Positions 1-14,959 of a stretch of DNA of 64,000 nt are shown here, piece by piece. This DNA comes from the human T2T-CHM13v2.0 reference genome, Homo sapiens, in assembly GCF_009914755.1 (NCBI RefSeq), contig NC_060927.1; one strand, 5' to 3'. Made by a program: the position numbers and the translations under genes. Positions within the stretch are counted from its first letter, which is position 1, and every line of letters begins with the position of its first letter. Below the pieces are notes generated by a model. That model worked only from the letters and a program-made list of their open reading frames with translations, did not search any database and was not told the origin of the DNA.

Positions 1-381
1 CTTACTGAGATAAGGACAAAATAAAATGTCCTGTCTGGAATGCAGGGAAACCAGAACTTCAGGTCAGGGGATATTTCCGTTGAATTGTATGGAATTTAAG
101 CCTAAAATGTTAACGAATGTATCTAAAATTCAGTTTGCCTTTACTTTATGCATCCATCATGTAGAGATCACGAAGCAGGCACCCATGATCGGTTTAATCA
201 TCGCTCACTTCCATTGGCTCAATTAGAAATCAACTCAGATGAGAGTGCTGAGTCTCAGAGGATGGACATCTCACCCCTTACTGTACAGATAAGTAGAAAG
301 GGTGGTATTGAAAATTAATGGCCAGACTCTGAGTCCCGGGTACTATACATGATGGTCTTCCAACTCTCAAAAAGTTGTGGG

Positions 382-689
382 TTTTTCTGTTTCTGTTTTT
401 GTTTTTTTGAGACGGAGTCTCGTTCTGTTGCCCAGACTGGAGTGCAGTGGAGTGATCTTGGCTCACTGCAACCTCCGCATCCCAGGTTCAAGCTATTCTC
501 TTGCCTTAGCCTGCTGAGTAGCTGAGATTACAGGCGCCCGCCACTACGCCCGGCTCATTTTTTTCTCTTTTTAGGAGAGACGGGGTTTCACTATGTTGGC
601 CAGGCTTGTCTCGAACACCTGACCTTGTGATTCGCCTGCCTCAGCCTCCCAAGGTGCTGGGATTACAGGCGTGAGCCACCGCGCCAAGC
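382..689 (-). mobile_element. Alu (AluS-like)
   Basis: Reverse Alu dimer from T-rich tail and gagacggagtctcg to gtgagccaccgcgcc. Confidence 0.95.
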
Positions 690-2374
690 TTCCAAAAGTT
701 TTAAGCAGAGCTCAGAGGTCTTAACCACAGGCACATCGGAGGAGCATTTTTGAAATGGTTTCCAGCCTCCTCAATAGGAGTGGAAGCCAAACTCCGAATT
801 TATGGCTCCTTTGAGGAAGTCGAGAGCTGTAAGGAAAGCCAGAAACAGGGGCAAGGGAGAGATGCATCCCGAATGATCCTCTCCCAATTCTTTCTGGAAT
901 TTTTGATGTGATCTCAGCTGCCCTTTCTATACTTGACACAGTGATTGTGGCACCCACTGGTCTAGCTGTGGTCTACAAGGAATCCCCAAAAGGAAGGGCA
1001 CAGTGAACAGGGGCATAGGCCTGAGTGATAAGGATTTGAGAGGGCAGGTTGGATGCAGGGACAGGACTGGCCAAATGCCATGTGTCTGGATTTAGACTGC
1101 CTGGTTCAAATTGGACTCCACCCTTTTTGACTTCATGATCTTGTAGAAGTTATATGAAAATGCGTTGCTCCTTTTCTAGTCTGTAAAATAATAATGAAAT
1201 GTGCACTAATAACTGGGAGACTACGCAGATGAAATGAAACAGGCTGCATACACCACAGAGCTCAGAGCCTGGCCTTTAGGAAGCCCTCAGTAAGGGTTCA
1301 TGACGCCATGGTGTCTGTCATCATCCTCTTTATCCTCATCATCACCTTCATAATCTTTTTGTTGTTCTGAGGGAATAGTTTAGAGGGATTCCTTCTCTGC
1401 TGTCATGGGTGAGATGTCTATGAAAAGGACAACCAGTGGGGGAGGAAAGCAACATTTTGAATAAGATTTCTGAGACCCCCCCACCACAACCAGGAGCAGT
1501 ATCTCCACAGTCTGCTGAGCTGACAGTTGGCACATTGGTCTCCTCCCATCTGCCCACCACACTCTCCTGTTTGTCCTGAGGATGAGGAAACAAAACAAGG
1601 CTCCCGACCATCCCTTAGCACTCACTGAACTGCCCTTCCTCTCTGCTGGGCCATGACCACGGAGAACAGGTCCACTATCCTCCCTGCGTGGTGCAGTTTG
1701 GAGGCCCAGACTCCGTCCTCAAGGCTGGCCAGAAGACAGGGTGAGACATGAGCCTCCTGATACAGGTGACGGGTGTGGAGCCCACAACACTGGAACCTCA
1801 CACTGCAGGGCTGGAGGCACAGACTGAGTATTTACTATTCTATGGCCTGGGGGGCTCAAGGCACAGAGCTCCTCATTAGCCAAAGTCGCCCAAGTTACCT
1901 CTAAGGATTTTCTCATAATAATGCAAGAAGAAGAGAAAAGTGAGTGTCCACAGAAGCTTTGGGGCTCTTCCTCTAATCAGGAGGAAGCTTGTGTGTACTA
2001 TTCGCTTCTTTCTTTTCTTTTGAAAGATCCAACTGCTTTAATTTTCACCTTTTATTATGCAAAAATATACCACCTATAAATATGAGAAATGATAAATATA
2101 TATTATTTCATATGGAATGGCCAGTGTAAACATTAACGATTTCCACGCTTTTTCAGTTTACAGTTTAATCACATTAAGTACATTCACATTGTTTAGCAAC
2201 CATCACCGCCATCATCTCCGGAACAGTTTTATCTTTCAAAATGGAAATTGCACCCATTGACCAAACTCTCCATTCCTCTCTCTCGCCCACCCTGGGGGCC
2301 ACCATTCTATTTTGCCAGTCTATGAGTTTAACTACTCTAGACCCTTGATCTAAGTGGAATCATACCGTGTTTAA

Positions 2375-3100
<726 letters not shown>

Positions 3101-4095
3101 AGAAGTGCCTGCCTTTTGAAGGGTGAAGAGTCTTCCATTGTATGAATGAACTGCAGTGTGCTTTTTCATTCATCTGTCCATGAACCATTGGGTTGCTTCC
3201 ACATTTTGGCTGTTGTGAATAATGCTGCTATGAATATGGGTGCACAAATATCTCTTCCACTCCTGGCTTCTAATTCTTTTTGGTAGGTATCCACAAGTGC
3301 AACTGTGGGAACATCTGATAATTCTGTTTCTAATTTTTCCAGTACACGCCATACTATTTTTCCTGTTCCTTCATGGTTTTACATTCCCTCCAATCATGTT
3401 CAAGCATTCCTACTTCCCTCTAGTTTCACCAATTCTTGTTTGTTTATTACATCCATCCTAATGTGTAATATCACATTCTTGGTTTGATTTGTGCTTCCCT
3501 ATGATGAGTGATATTGAACATCATTTTAGATGCTTATTGGCCATTGCTATATCTTCTTTAGGGACTCGTCTACTCGAATCTTCTGACCATTGTTAATGGG
3601 ATGCTCTGGTTTCTTGTTGTTTAGTTCTAGCTGTTCTTTCTCTATGATGGATATCAGCCCCTTTCCAGATGTATGATTTGCAAATACTTTTCCTCATCCA
3701 TGGGTTATGTTTTCACTCAGTTCACGGTGTTTTTTGATGCACAAAAGTGTCTGTCATTTAGACGTAATCCAAGGAATCTAATTTTCTTTTGTTGCCTATG
3801 CTTTTGATGTCATATACCAGAAAGCATTGCCCTATCTGATGACATGGAAATGTGGCCAATGTTTTCTTTTAGGCATATTATACTTTTAGCAGTTGGGGTT
3901 AAGGCTTTGATCCAGTTTGTGTTAAGTTTTGTACCGGGTGTGACATAGGGTCCACCTTCATTCTTCTGCATGTGGAAATCAAGTTTCCCCAACACCATTT
4001 CTTGAAAAGGCTGCTTTTCCACCAATGAACTTTCTTAGCACTCATGTTAAAAATCATTTGAACACATAGGTGAGAAGTTATTTCTGGGCTCAAAA
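3101..4095 (-). mobile_element. Old L1 (L1M) 3' ORF2/UTR fragment
   Basis: ORF-track peptides resemble the L1 ORF2 C-terminus (SLFKKWCWGNLISTCRRMKVDP); typical antisense L1 text such as gtgaataatgctgctatgaa. Confidence 0.85.
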
Positions 4096-4126
4096 ACAAA
4101 CAGACAACAGATAAGGATATAGCATG

Positions 4127-4435
<309 letters not shown>

Positions 4436-4721
4436 CCCAGCATGATTTCAAGAGCAAAAAGAGAATAGCTTAGAAACCAGCATAATGAGAAAGGTAGGAA
4501 GCTTCTTACCAAAGCATCTGGAAATACGCAAGAAATTCTTGTGTGCTAAAATTTTCATACTGTGCTGTCAAACACTAGAACTCACTTATTCCATCTTTCT
4601 GTATTTTGGGACCCAGTTATCCACTTCTCTTCCTTCCCCATCCCACCCGTTTTCTTCCTAGCATCTGCTAACCACCTTTATACTTTCCACCTTCCTGAGA
4701 TTCCTTTTGTGTGTAGGTGTA

Positions 4722-5003
4722 TGATGGAGTCTCTTTCTGTTGCCCAGGTTGGAGTATACAGGTACAATCCGGGCTCACTTGAACCTCCACCTCCCAAGTT
4801 CAAGCAGTTCTTGGGCCTCAGCCCTCCGAGTAGCTGAGACTACAGGCACGCATCACCAGGCCCGGCTAATTTTTTGTGTTTTCAGTAGAGACGGGGTTTC
4901 ACCATGTTGGCCAGGCTTGTCTTGAACTCCTGGACTCAAGTGATCCGTGCAATTTGGCCTCCTAAAATGCTGGGATTACAGGCCTGAGCCAATCCACCTG
5001 GCC
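4722..5003 (-). mobile_element. Alu
   Basis: Reverse Alu consensus motifs. Confidence 0.9.
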
Positions 5004-5371
5004 AAGATTTTCTTTCTTGTTCCTGAATATATGTGAGGACATGTAAGATTTGTCATTCTGTGCCTGGCTTATTTCACTTAACTCACAGACCTGCAATCTC
5101 ATCCATTTGGTCTGCAGTGGAGAGGATTTTATTCCTTTTTAGGCTGAATACTACTTCTTTGTGTGTGTATACCACAGTTTCTTAATTGAACAAATTTCTA
5201 GAAAGCAAATATTTTTAAAAAGTCTCGGAATGTGAAACTTTAGAGATACTCTGCCCATTTTATTCTTTTCTATTTCCCATCTTATGTATATGCAAGTGTA
5301 TAACAAAGCAGCAATCAGTGTGTGTATAAATCTATCACTTCAACAAATGTAAAATGAAAATGCTAAATGGT

Positions 5372-5695
<324 letters not shown>

Positions 5696-6086
5696 TGCTA
5701 AATGGTAAGAAAAAACAGCATAATAAACATTTGTATGGTGTTGATGGACAATTCATTGGAAGATAATATTTGAAGAAATCATATTGCAATTAACTTCTGT
5801 TCTTACTCATTGGAACTTGATGCCTCTAAAAACATTGGAACCACCTCTAGTGCTTTAAAAAAAAAAAAAAAAAGCCACATACCCACACAGGCCCAAGTAG
5901 ATCAGAATCTCAGCTAATGAGACCCAGGGCTCATCATTTGTAAGCTCACCAGGTGATTTGACTCAAAGCCAAGATTGAGGATGGGTAACATGGATCTCTA
6001 CACATAGCCTGCCTAAATAGATTCTCTAGAAGCAGTTTATAAAGAAATTCCACATGAACTCTGGAAGAGGATATGAATTTGATGTA

Positions 6087-6229
6087 CAGTATGTCCTCAC
6101 TTAACATCTTTGAAAGTCTCTTGGAATCTTCACCTTTAAGCAAAGTTATGGATAGTGAAACCACTTATTCCTCATCAACATTATAACTAGACAACTTTGA
6201 ACGCACCAATGGTGTTGGAGGACCTGCTG
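6087..6229. mobile_element. MER6-like TcMar-Tigger MITE
   Basis: Termini cagtatgtcctcacttaac and gaggacctgctg resemble MER6 ends as recalled; preceded by TA. Confidence 0.55.
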
Positions 6230-6536
6230 TGCATTGTTTCCATAAAGTCAGTTTTCAGGGAATTCCAAAGTGAAGTGAGGACTTCGTGTATATAAGTGAT
6301 GGTTGTGATTCCACCTAGATGACAGGCTTATTGCTCAGAAACTAAAGGAGGCCGCCTAGGTATAGAGGACTCAGTCAAGAGGTTTCTGCTAAACAAAGGA
6401 TTCCAGAATACTCACCCATTCCAGTTAAAGGCATAACGAAGAAAGCAATATTCACATAGCAAATGTGGAAAGGAATAAAAGCCATCAAGCAACAAAAAAA
6501 ATGTGACTAAGGGGCAGGATTTGCAGATGTAGGGAT

Positions 6537-7535
6537 TTAATGTGGTTGCCCTTTCTTACAGACACAAGAAAAAGGATGGAAGAGATCATGAGATTCAACT
6601 GTTGTGCTGCGCAGCCTCCACGGGGCACTTTGAATGTCCCTGTTTCTCAGGCTGTAGATGAAAGGGTTCAGCATGGGGGTGACCACAGTGTACATCACTG
6701 AAGCCACCACACCATTGCCGGAAGGTGGTGACACAGCTGAAGTCAGGTACACGCCAATGCCTGCTCCGTAAAATAAGCAAAAAACTGCCAGGTGAGAGCC
6801 ACAGGTGGAGAAGGCTTTATACTTCACATCTGACAATGACATCCTTAGAATGGAGGGGACAATTTTATAGTAAGACAAAAGGATCCCTGAAATGGGAAGA
6901 AAACCAAACATAGTACTATCTAAATATATGAATATGATATTGATGACGCTGTCAGAACAGGCAAGGTTGAGAAGTTGAGATGGCTCACAGACAAAATTAG
7001 AGATTTCCACATTCTTGAAGAAGGTGAATTGTAACACAATCCATCTATGCAGCTGGGAATCCAACAGGCTAAGGAAAAAGGACACCAAAACTAAGAAGAC
7101 ACAGAAGTGAGGATTCACGATGACTGGGTAGTGCAGGGGGTGACAGATGGCCAAAAATTGGTCATAGGACATCACAGTCAGGAGCATGTCTTCTATACAT
7201 GCAAAAAAGACCAAGAAAGACATCTGTGTCAGGCAGCCCGCATAAGAGATGACTCTGCTATGCGACTGCATGTCCACAATCATCTTGGGAACCGTGGCCG
7301 AGGTGAAACCGATGTCAACCCAGCGCAGGTTGGAGAGGACGAAGTACATGGAGGTGTGGAGGTGGGAGTCAGAGCTGACAGCCAGGATGATGAGCAGGTT
7401 CCTCAGCACCGTGACCAGGTACATGGACAGGGTCAGCCCAGCGAGGACGGGCTGCAGTTCTGGATCCTCTGAGATTCCCAGGAGGAGGAATTCTCAGACA
7501 CCCGTGAGATTCCGTGGCTCTGTGTGACTTGGACG
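6537..7535 (-). pseudogene. OR7E-family olfactory receptor pseudogene (copy 1); 295-aa ORF starting in TM1
   Basis: OR motifs [49 protein letters not shown]. The upstream frame reads [24 protein letters not shown], with TGA at 7494-7496 and no upstream [11 protein letters not shown] and [11 protein letters not shown] are OR7-type. Confidence 0.95.
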
Positions 7536-8183
7536 CCTTGAGAAGAAAAGAGGATTGGAAAAATAAAAGATAAAAACCAGCGCTTAATGCTGTGTGTATA
7601 TTTTGGATGCAAGCAATTCACAAGGAACATTTTCACACTTGAGGGCCATACACCATCAGCAATATTTCTCAGTTGTGACAAACCCAAAAATCTCAGAATT
7701 ATTACATGATTTACCTTTTTGCTCTTCAACTCTTTCTGTACATACTACTTTAGAGAAAATCCACTGAAGAATGTTAGAAGACCAAAACGTAACATATAAC
7801 AAATCCATGATCTCAGTAAAACATGGCCTACTCTTTTCAGAGAAAATAAAATGCAATAAACATATTCTTCTCTCTTCAAGAAAAAGATCTCAGTCTAATT
7901 GAAAGAAATTAAGAAGCAGTGGAATATACTCTATTTCATTCTGACACGATGCTACAAATTCCTTTGATGTAGAATATTTAAAAGGACGATACAAGAGCTA
8001 GGACCGCATTATCTAAAAATGAAATCAAACCTTAGAGTTCTTAATTGGAAGACCCTTTAACATTCCAGTTACTTTTCATATTTATTATCATCCTTAGGTT
8101 TTCTGACATCATTTCTTCATAAAGGTACATGCACACTCAAATATGGGAGCTGTGTTTCTAAATGAATTGAATATGTAACTCTT

Positions 8184-8401
8184 GTCCGAGCATGATGGCT
8201 CACACCTGTAATCCCAGCACTTTGGGAGGCTGAGGCTGATTTATCACCTGAGGTCAGGGGTTCCAGACCACCCTGGCCAACGTGGTGAAACCCGGTCTCT
8301 AGTGAAAATAGAAAAAATTAGCTGGGCGTGGTGGCGGGTAACCCTAGCTACTCGGGAGGCTGAAGCAGGCGAATCCCTTAGAACATGGAAGGCAGAGATT
8401 G
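8184..8401 (+). mobile_element. Alu truncated by satellite
   Basis: Alu left arm and part of the right arm end at ggcagagattg, directly followed by satellite; no tail. Confidence 0.9.
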
Positions 8402-9850
8402 TACACCCTGTGATATGATTTTTGATATCCTAGGAAGATATTGCTCCTGACATCAGAGTGGGCCTACACCCTGTGATATTATTTGTAATATCCTAGAAAG
8501 ATATTGCCCCTAATATCACAGTGGCTGTACACCCTGTGATCTTAATTGTAATATCCTACAGAGATATCACTCCTAATAATACAGTGAGTGTACACCCTGT
8601 GATATTATTCATAATATATGATGGAGATAGGACTCCTGATATCACAGTGAGTGTGCACCATGTTTGTACACCCTGTGATATTATTTGTAACAACGTAGAC
8701 AAATATTATAGCTAATATCAACGTGGGTGTACACCCTGTGATGTTATTTGTTATGCACTAGCTAGATATTACTCCTAACTTCACAGTGAGTGTACATCAT
8801 GTGTGTACACACTGTGAAATTATTTGTAATACCCTAGGAAGATATTACTCCTTGTATCACAGTGGGTGTACTCCATGGGATATTATTTGTAATCATCTAG
8901 GGATTTATGATTCCTTATATGACAGTGGGTGTACACTCTGTGATGTTATTTGTGATGTCCTAGGAAGATATTACTCCTAATAGCAAAGCGGATGTACACC
9001 ATGTACATCATAGTATCCCAGAGAGATATTTCTCCTAATATCACAGTGGGTGTACACTCTGTGATATTATTTGTACTATCCTAGAGAGATATTGCTCCCA
9101 GTATCACAGTGGGTGTACACCCTGTGATATTATTCATAATATCTAGAGAGATATTACCTCTAATATCACAGTTTCTGTACACCCTGTTGTATTATTCATA
9201 ATATCCTAGGGAGTTATTATCCCTAACATCACAGAGCATGTACACCATGGGTGGACACCCTGTGATGTTATTGGTAATATCCTAGGGGGATATTACCCTT
9301 AATGTCACAGTGGGTGTTCACCATGTGTGTACACACTGAGATGTTACCCGTAATATCTAGGGAGAAATTACAGTGGGTGTGCACCATGTGTTTCTATTCT
9401 GTGATGCTATTGGTAATATCTTAGAAAGTTATGAGCCCTAGTGCCACAGTGGGTGTATACCATGTGTGTCCACTCTGTGATGTTATTGGTATTGTCTAGG
9501 GAGATAGTTCTCATAATATCACCGTGGGTGTACATCATGTATGTACTCCCTGTGGTCTTATTGATTATGTCCTAGGTTGATAGTACTCCTAATATCACCG
9601 TGGGCGCACACCATGTGTGTACATTCTGTGATGGTATTCGTAATATCCTAGGGAGATATCACTCCTGATGACATAGTGGGTGTACAGCCTTGTGATATTC
9701 TTGGTAGTATCCTTGGGAAGTATTACTCGTGTTATCACAGTGAGTGTACACCCTGTGATAGTAGTTGTAATATCCTAGGGAAATATCATTGTATACCCTG
9801 TGATATTGTTTGGGACATTTGAGAGAGCTATTTCTCTTAAAGTCAGAGTG
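8401..9850. repeat. SATR2-like satellite (~64 bp palindromic unit)
   Basis: Repeats of gtacaccctgtgatattatttgtaatatcctagggagatattactcctaatatcacagtgggt. Confidence 0.9.
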
Positions 9851-11930
9851 GGTGTACATCCTGTAATATTCTTCCTAATATCACAGTGGGTGTACACCGT
9901 GAGTGATATTTTTTTCTAATATCCAGCGGGGGAGAGGATGATATTGCTTCCAATATCACGGAAGGTGTACACCCCCCTGTGATATTGTTCCTAATATCCA
10001 GGGAAGGAGAGGATGACATTATTCCCAATATCACTGGGGGTGTACCACCTCCCGCCGGGATATTGTTCTTAATATCCGGAGGTGGAGAGAATGATGTTAC
10101 TCCCAATATCACAGGGGGTGTGCACCACCCCTGTTTGTAAACACCCCCTGTGATATTGTTCCAAATGGCCTGTGAAAGAGTAAATATGACTCCCATTACC
10201 GCGGGGGGTGTTCAGCCCTGACGATATTGTTTTCTAACATCCAGGGAAGGAGAGTATGCTATTACTCCCAATATCGCAGGGGTTGTACACCCTTTTGTGT
10301 TTTTGTGCCCAATATCCAGGAAAATAGAGGATGATAGTACTCTCAATATCGAAGTAATTGTACAGCACCCCTGTGATATTCTTCCTAATATCCAGAAAGG
10401 AAAAGAATGAAATTACTCCCAACAGCATAGGAAATGTATACCCACACTGTGATATCTTTCCCAATATCCAGGTGGGGAGAGGATCATATTACTTCCAATG
10501 TCGCAGGGTGTGTACACCCCCTCTGTGATCTCATTGCTAACATCCAGGTTTGGGGAGGACGACATTACTCCCAATATCACAGGGGGAGTACACCCCCCCG
10601 TGACCTTGTTAGTCATTTCCTGGGTGGAGAGGATGATCTTACTCCCAATATCGCAGGAGGTGTACACACCCCTGTGAAAATCTTCCTCATATTCAGAGGG
10701 AGAGAGGATGATATTACTCCCAGTACCGCAGGGGGTTTACACAGCCCTGTGATACTCTTCCTAATATCCACAGGGAGAGAGGATGATATGACTCCCAATA
10801 TCGCAGGGAGTGTACACAACCCTGTGATATTGCTCCTAATATCCAGAGCGAAAGAGGATGATATGACTTTCAATATCGCAGGGGGTGTACACCCCTCCTG
10901 TCCTATTGTTCTGAATACCCTGGGAGGGAGAGGATAAGCTTACGTTGAATATCGCAGGGAATGTACGCCCTCCCCCTCTGATACCCTTCCTAATGTCCAG
11001 GGGAAGAAAGGAAAATTTTATTCCCAACATCGCAGAGGCAGTATACCCCACCTGTGATGTTGTTCCCAATATGCAAGGGGGGAGAGGATGATACTACTCT
11101 CAATACCGCAGAGCTGTTCACATCCCCAGTGACATTTTTCCTAATATCTAGGGGAGAGACAATTATATGACAGCAAAGGTCGCAGGGTCTGTACATCCCT
11201 TCCTGATATTGTTCCTAATATCCAGATGGGAAGAGGATGATATCAAATATGAAAGGGAGTGTACACCCCCCACCCCTACGATGTTGTTCTTAATATTCGT
11301 GAGGGGAGACGATGATATTACTCCAAATATCGCAGGGGTTGTTGACACCCCTCTGTGATATTGTTTCCGATATCCGGGGGGGGGAAGAAAATCATATTAC
11401 TTCCAATATTGCAGGTGGTGTATACCCCAGCTGAAATATGGCACCGAATATCCAAAGAGGGAGAGGATGGTATTAATACCAATATCGAAGTGTGTGTACA
11501 AGCCCCTTGTGATATGGTTTTTAATATCCAGTGGGCGGGAGGATATTAGTCCCAACATCCCAGAGGGTGTACACTACCCCTGTGATATTGTCCCTAACTT
11601 CCAGAGGGGAGAGGATGATATCACTCCCAATATCTCAGAAGTTGTACATCCCCCATGATCCTGTTCGTCATATCCAGGGAGGCACAGGATGACATTCCAT
11701 TGAATTTCGCGACAGGCGTACACACACAGTGTGATATTGTTCCTAATATCCAAGAAGGGAGAGGATGATATTACTCCCAATAAAGCAGTGGGTGTACATC
11801 ACCCCTGTGTTATTGTCTCTAATATCCGGGGCCGGGGGAGGTGGGGAGAGGATAACATTCCCTCAAATTTAGCAGGTGGTTTGACGCCCCTTGTGGTGTT
11901 GTTTTCAATATCCAGCGGGGAAGACAATAG
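9851..11930. repeat. SATR1-like satellite (~72-76 bp unit)
   Basis: Repeats of gggagaggatgatattactcccaatatcgcagggggtgtacacccc ctgtgatattgttcctaatatcca. Confidence 0.9.
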
Positions 11931-12524
11931 TACTATTTTTGATAGTCTGATTCATCCGCTCCACCTTTCCGGAACTCTGAGGCCGGGAGGCGGCATGCAG
12001 TTTCCCTGTGATCCCCAATACCTTTGCCGTCTTCTGTACCAAGGCAGCCAAAAACGCAGGCCCATTGTCTGAGCCAATCCGTAAGGGCGTCGAAATCTAG
12101 GAATCAGATCTCGAAGAAGCACAGAGGTTACTTCACGAGCTTTCTCAGTTCGTTCTGGATAGGCCTCCACCCACCCAGAGTAGGTACGCCCAAGAACTAG
12201 TACATACTTATTACCTCCACACTTTGGCATCTCTGTGAAGTCCACCTGGAGACCTTCAAAGAGGGCTGCTCCATAAGCTCGTATGCCGGGCGGAACAGCT
12301 GGACCTTGCCTCACATCATGCTGTCGGCAGGTAACACACCGCTGCCTCACCGTTTTGGCAAGGGCTGAGAAACTCGAGATGTAGAAATACCGGCCTAACA
12401 ACTTTTCCAATGACTGTTGACCTCGATGGGTGGTTTCTTGCACAGCCAGTACAACTGCAGCTCCTAGCAGCTGTGGCACAGCTACTCTCCCATCTGGTAA
12501 CCGAATCCATCCTTCCTTCATCAC
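11931..12524 (-). pseudogene. pol: Integrase N-terminus and core, truncated
   Basis: CVTC, LQVDFTEMPK, SGWVEAYP; the last readable stretch is [17 protein letters not shown]. Confidence 0.9.
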
Positions 12525-12813
12525 TTGTCCTTCCCTCTACCTGGAGAAAGTCCTTTTCTTCTTTAGAAGAAGCAGGTCCAAGATCAGGTGCTTGAGGGAG
12601 CACTGATGCCCAGAAGGGGGCAGATGCTGCTTTTTGAGCCTCTGAGTCAGCGCGGGGATTCCCCAAACCCAGCAAGGTGGAAGCTCGCTGGTGTCCTCTG
12701 CAATGCGTAACTGCCACCTTGTGGGGTTTCCATACTGCTTCTAATCATTGCAAGATTTCTTGTTGATATTTTCTGTCCTTTCCCCCAGAGTTCAATAGGA
12801 CCTTTTCTTTCTA

Positions 12814-13245
12814 TCATGCTCCATGCACTTGAAGGGTTAAAAAGACATACCGAGAATCAGTGTAAATGTTGACAGTCTCACCCTCACTGAGTTCTAAGGC
12901 CCGAATGAAAGCAATGAGTTCAGCTTTCTGGGCTGAAGTGGCCTGGGGCAACGATCTGGTTTCAACAACAGTGTCCAGGGTTCCCACTGCATACCCTGCA
13001 CCTCTCTCTCCTTGGGGGTTGAAGAAGCTGCTCCCATCCACGTATAGTTCCCAGTCTACTGATGCCCAAGCCTGGTCCCGGAGGTCAGGTCTGCTAGAGT
13101 CAATTGAGTCCAACACTTCTACACAATCAGGTTCGACAGGGCTCTCTGATACCGGGAGCAAGGTGGCGGGGTGTAGGGTGTTGCAAACTTCAATGGTTAT
13201 ACGGGGATTTTCGCAGAGCAGTTTGGTACTTGGTGAGTCTGGCAT
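12814..13245 (-). pseudogene. pol: RNase H domain
   Basis: LYVDGSSF, SAQKAELIA, NIYTDSRY. Confidence 0.9.
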
Positions 13246-13249
13246 TCGT

Positions 13250-14546
13250 TAGCCAATGATGTCCTTTAGTATTCATTAAAGTCACCACAGCACGGGAGGA
13301 CTTTATGTCCAGGTTTTGACCAAGAGTCAGCTTATTTGCTTCTTGTACTGGCAGGGCAGTTGCTGCCAAGGCCCTCAAACAGGGGGACAATCCTTTAGAA
13401 ACCCCGTCTAGTTGTTTAGAGAGGTAGGCCACCGGCCTCGGCCAGGGCCCCACAGTTTGGGTTCAAAGTCCAGCTGCCATCTTTTCTCTCTCTGATGCAT
13501 ACAATGGAAAAGGCTTTGTCAGATCGGGTAGCCCCAGGGCTGGGGCTGCCAGAAGTTTTTCCTTTAACTCACGAAAGACTTGCTGTTGTTGGGATCCGCA
13601 TTCCAAAGGTTTCCGGTCCCTGCACCCTTGTGACCTCCTACAAAGGCTTGGCTAATACTGCAAAGTTTGGGATCCACAGTCTACAAAACCCCACAGCTCC
13701 TAAGAATTCTCTCACCTGCCTTCTGCTCTTAGGCTCCGCTAGATTGCAAATGACCTGCTTTCATTCTGATCCCGGGCTGCGTTCCGACCCCTGTCGGATA
13801 GTAAATCCCAAGTAACGTACCTGCTGTCGGCAAATCTGAGCTTTCTTCTTGGACACCTTCTACCCACCGTCCTCCAGGTGCTGGTGTAGGGCATCTGTTC
13901 CCTTGGCACACCCGAATGCCGTGGGGTGTCCCAGCAGAAGGTCATCAACCTACTGGAGCAACACGCAGCCTAGGCCTCTGCTGGGAAAATTCTGGAGGTC
14001 TCGAGCCCACGCCTCCCCGAAGATGGTGGGGAAGTTCTTGAACCCTTGGGGAAGCCCGGTCCAAGTGTACTGAGTAGTGACACCTGACTCCGGATCTTCC
14101 CACTGAAAGGCAAACAGCTTCTGCCTCTCAGGGGCTAATCTGATAGGAAAGAAAGCGTCTTTCAGGTCCAAGCAGGTGAACCAGCTGTTCTCAGCTGGCG
14201 GCAACCCCAACAATGTGGACGGGTTAGGTACTGTTGGATGTAAAGTCAGTGTAGCTTGAAGAAGAAAGCGCAAATCCTGTACCGGCCGGTAGTCCTTGGT
14301 CTGTGGCTTGGGAACAGGCAGGAGGGGAGTGTTCCATGGACACTGACAAGGAACAATAATTCCATAAGTTCTTAGGTGCTTGAGACAGACCTGGATACCT
14401 TGAAGGGCTTCTCTGGGGACCGGCTCCTGTTTTTGCCTCACCGGCTGGGCCCCAGTCTTAACTGGCCAATCCTGGAAGGTTGTCTTCTGCCCGTACTTTT
14501 GGCCACGGCTTAGCCAGAGCTGGTCTTCTCTCTTGGCCCGGCTCAT
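13250..14546 (-). pseudogene. pol: Reverse transcriptase and connection domain, disrupted
   Basis: PWNTPLLPVPK, DYRPVQDLR, LDLKDAFF, LPQGFKN; YVDD is mutated to *VDD (TAG at 13950-13952); RPVAYLSKQLD. Confidence 0.92.
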
Positions 14547-14571
14547 TTAAGAAAAGTCTCCATTCCTCCTC

Positions 14572-14907
14572 TCAGGGGACCATAAGGGTCATAATGACTC
14601 CCGTTCCGGGTAACTTTAGCAGAGAAGAGCCATTCTCTGTCAAAGAGATAGTGGCTCCCAGCTTGCTGAGCAAGTCCCTTCCCAAAAAGGTCAAGGGACA
14701 GTCAGGCATGTACCAAAACTGATGAATGACTTTATGTCCTCCTACAGTACAAGTCCGAGGCAAGCAGAAAGCTTGCCTTGCTGAAACCCCTGTGGCTCCA
14801 ATGACGTCAATAGTCTTTTTGGATAAGAGGGCGACTGGGGCTGTTACTAGCGACTGTTGCGCACCGCTATCTACAAGAAAGTCAATGTCTCCACCCCCGA
14901 CTGTCAT
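14572..14907 (-). pseudogene. pro: Retroviral aspartic protease
   Basis: FLVDSGA active-site motif and LGRDLLSKL. Confidence 0.9.
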
Positions 14908-14959
14908 TCTGACCAGAGGCTCTTTGGGGACGCTTGAGCCCAGTCTCCCTCAGTCCAAG

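Noticed and set aside
6537-7424. Functional olfactory receptor CDS
   Set aside because: Upstream in-frame TGA removes the N-terminus and the DRY-region Arg is lost; called a pseudogene.
9659-12072. Repetitive ORFs on both strands (EDDITPNIAGGVH, ISSSPLDIRNNITG)
   Set aside because: Translations of satellite monomers, with no sign of coding constraint.
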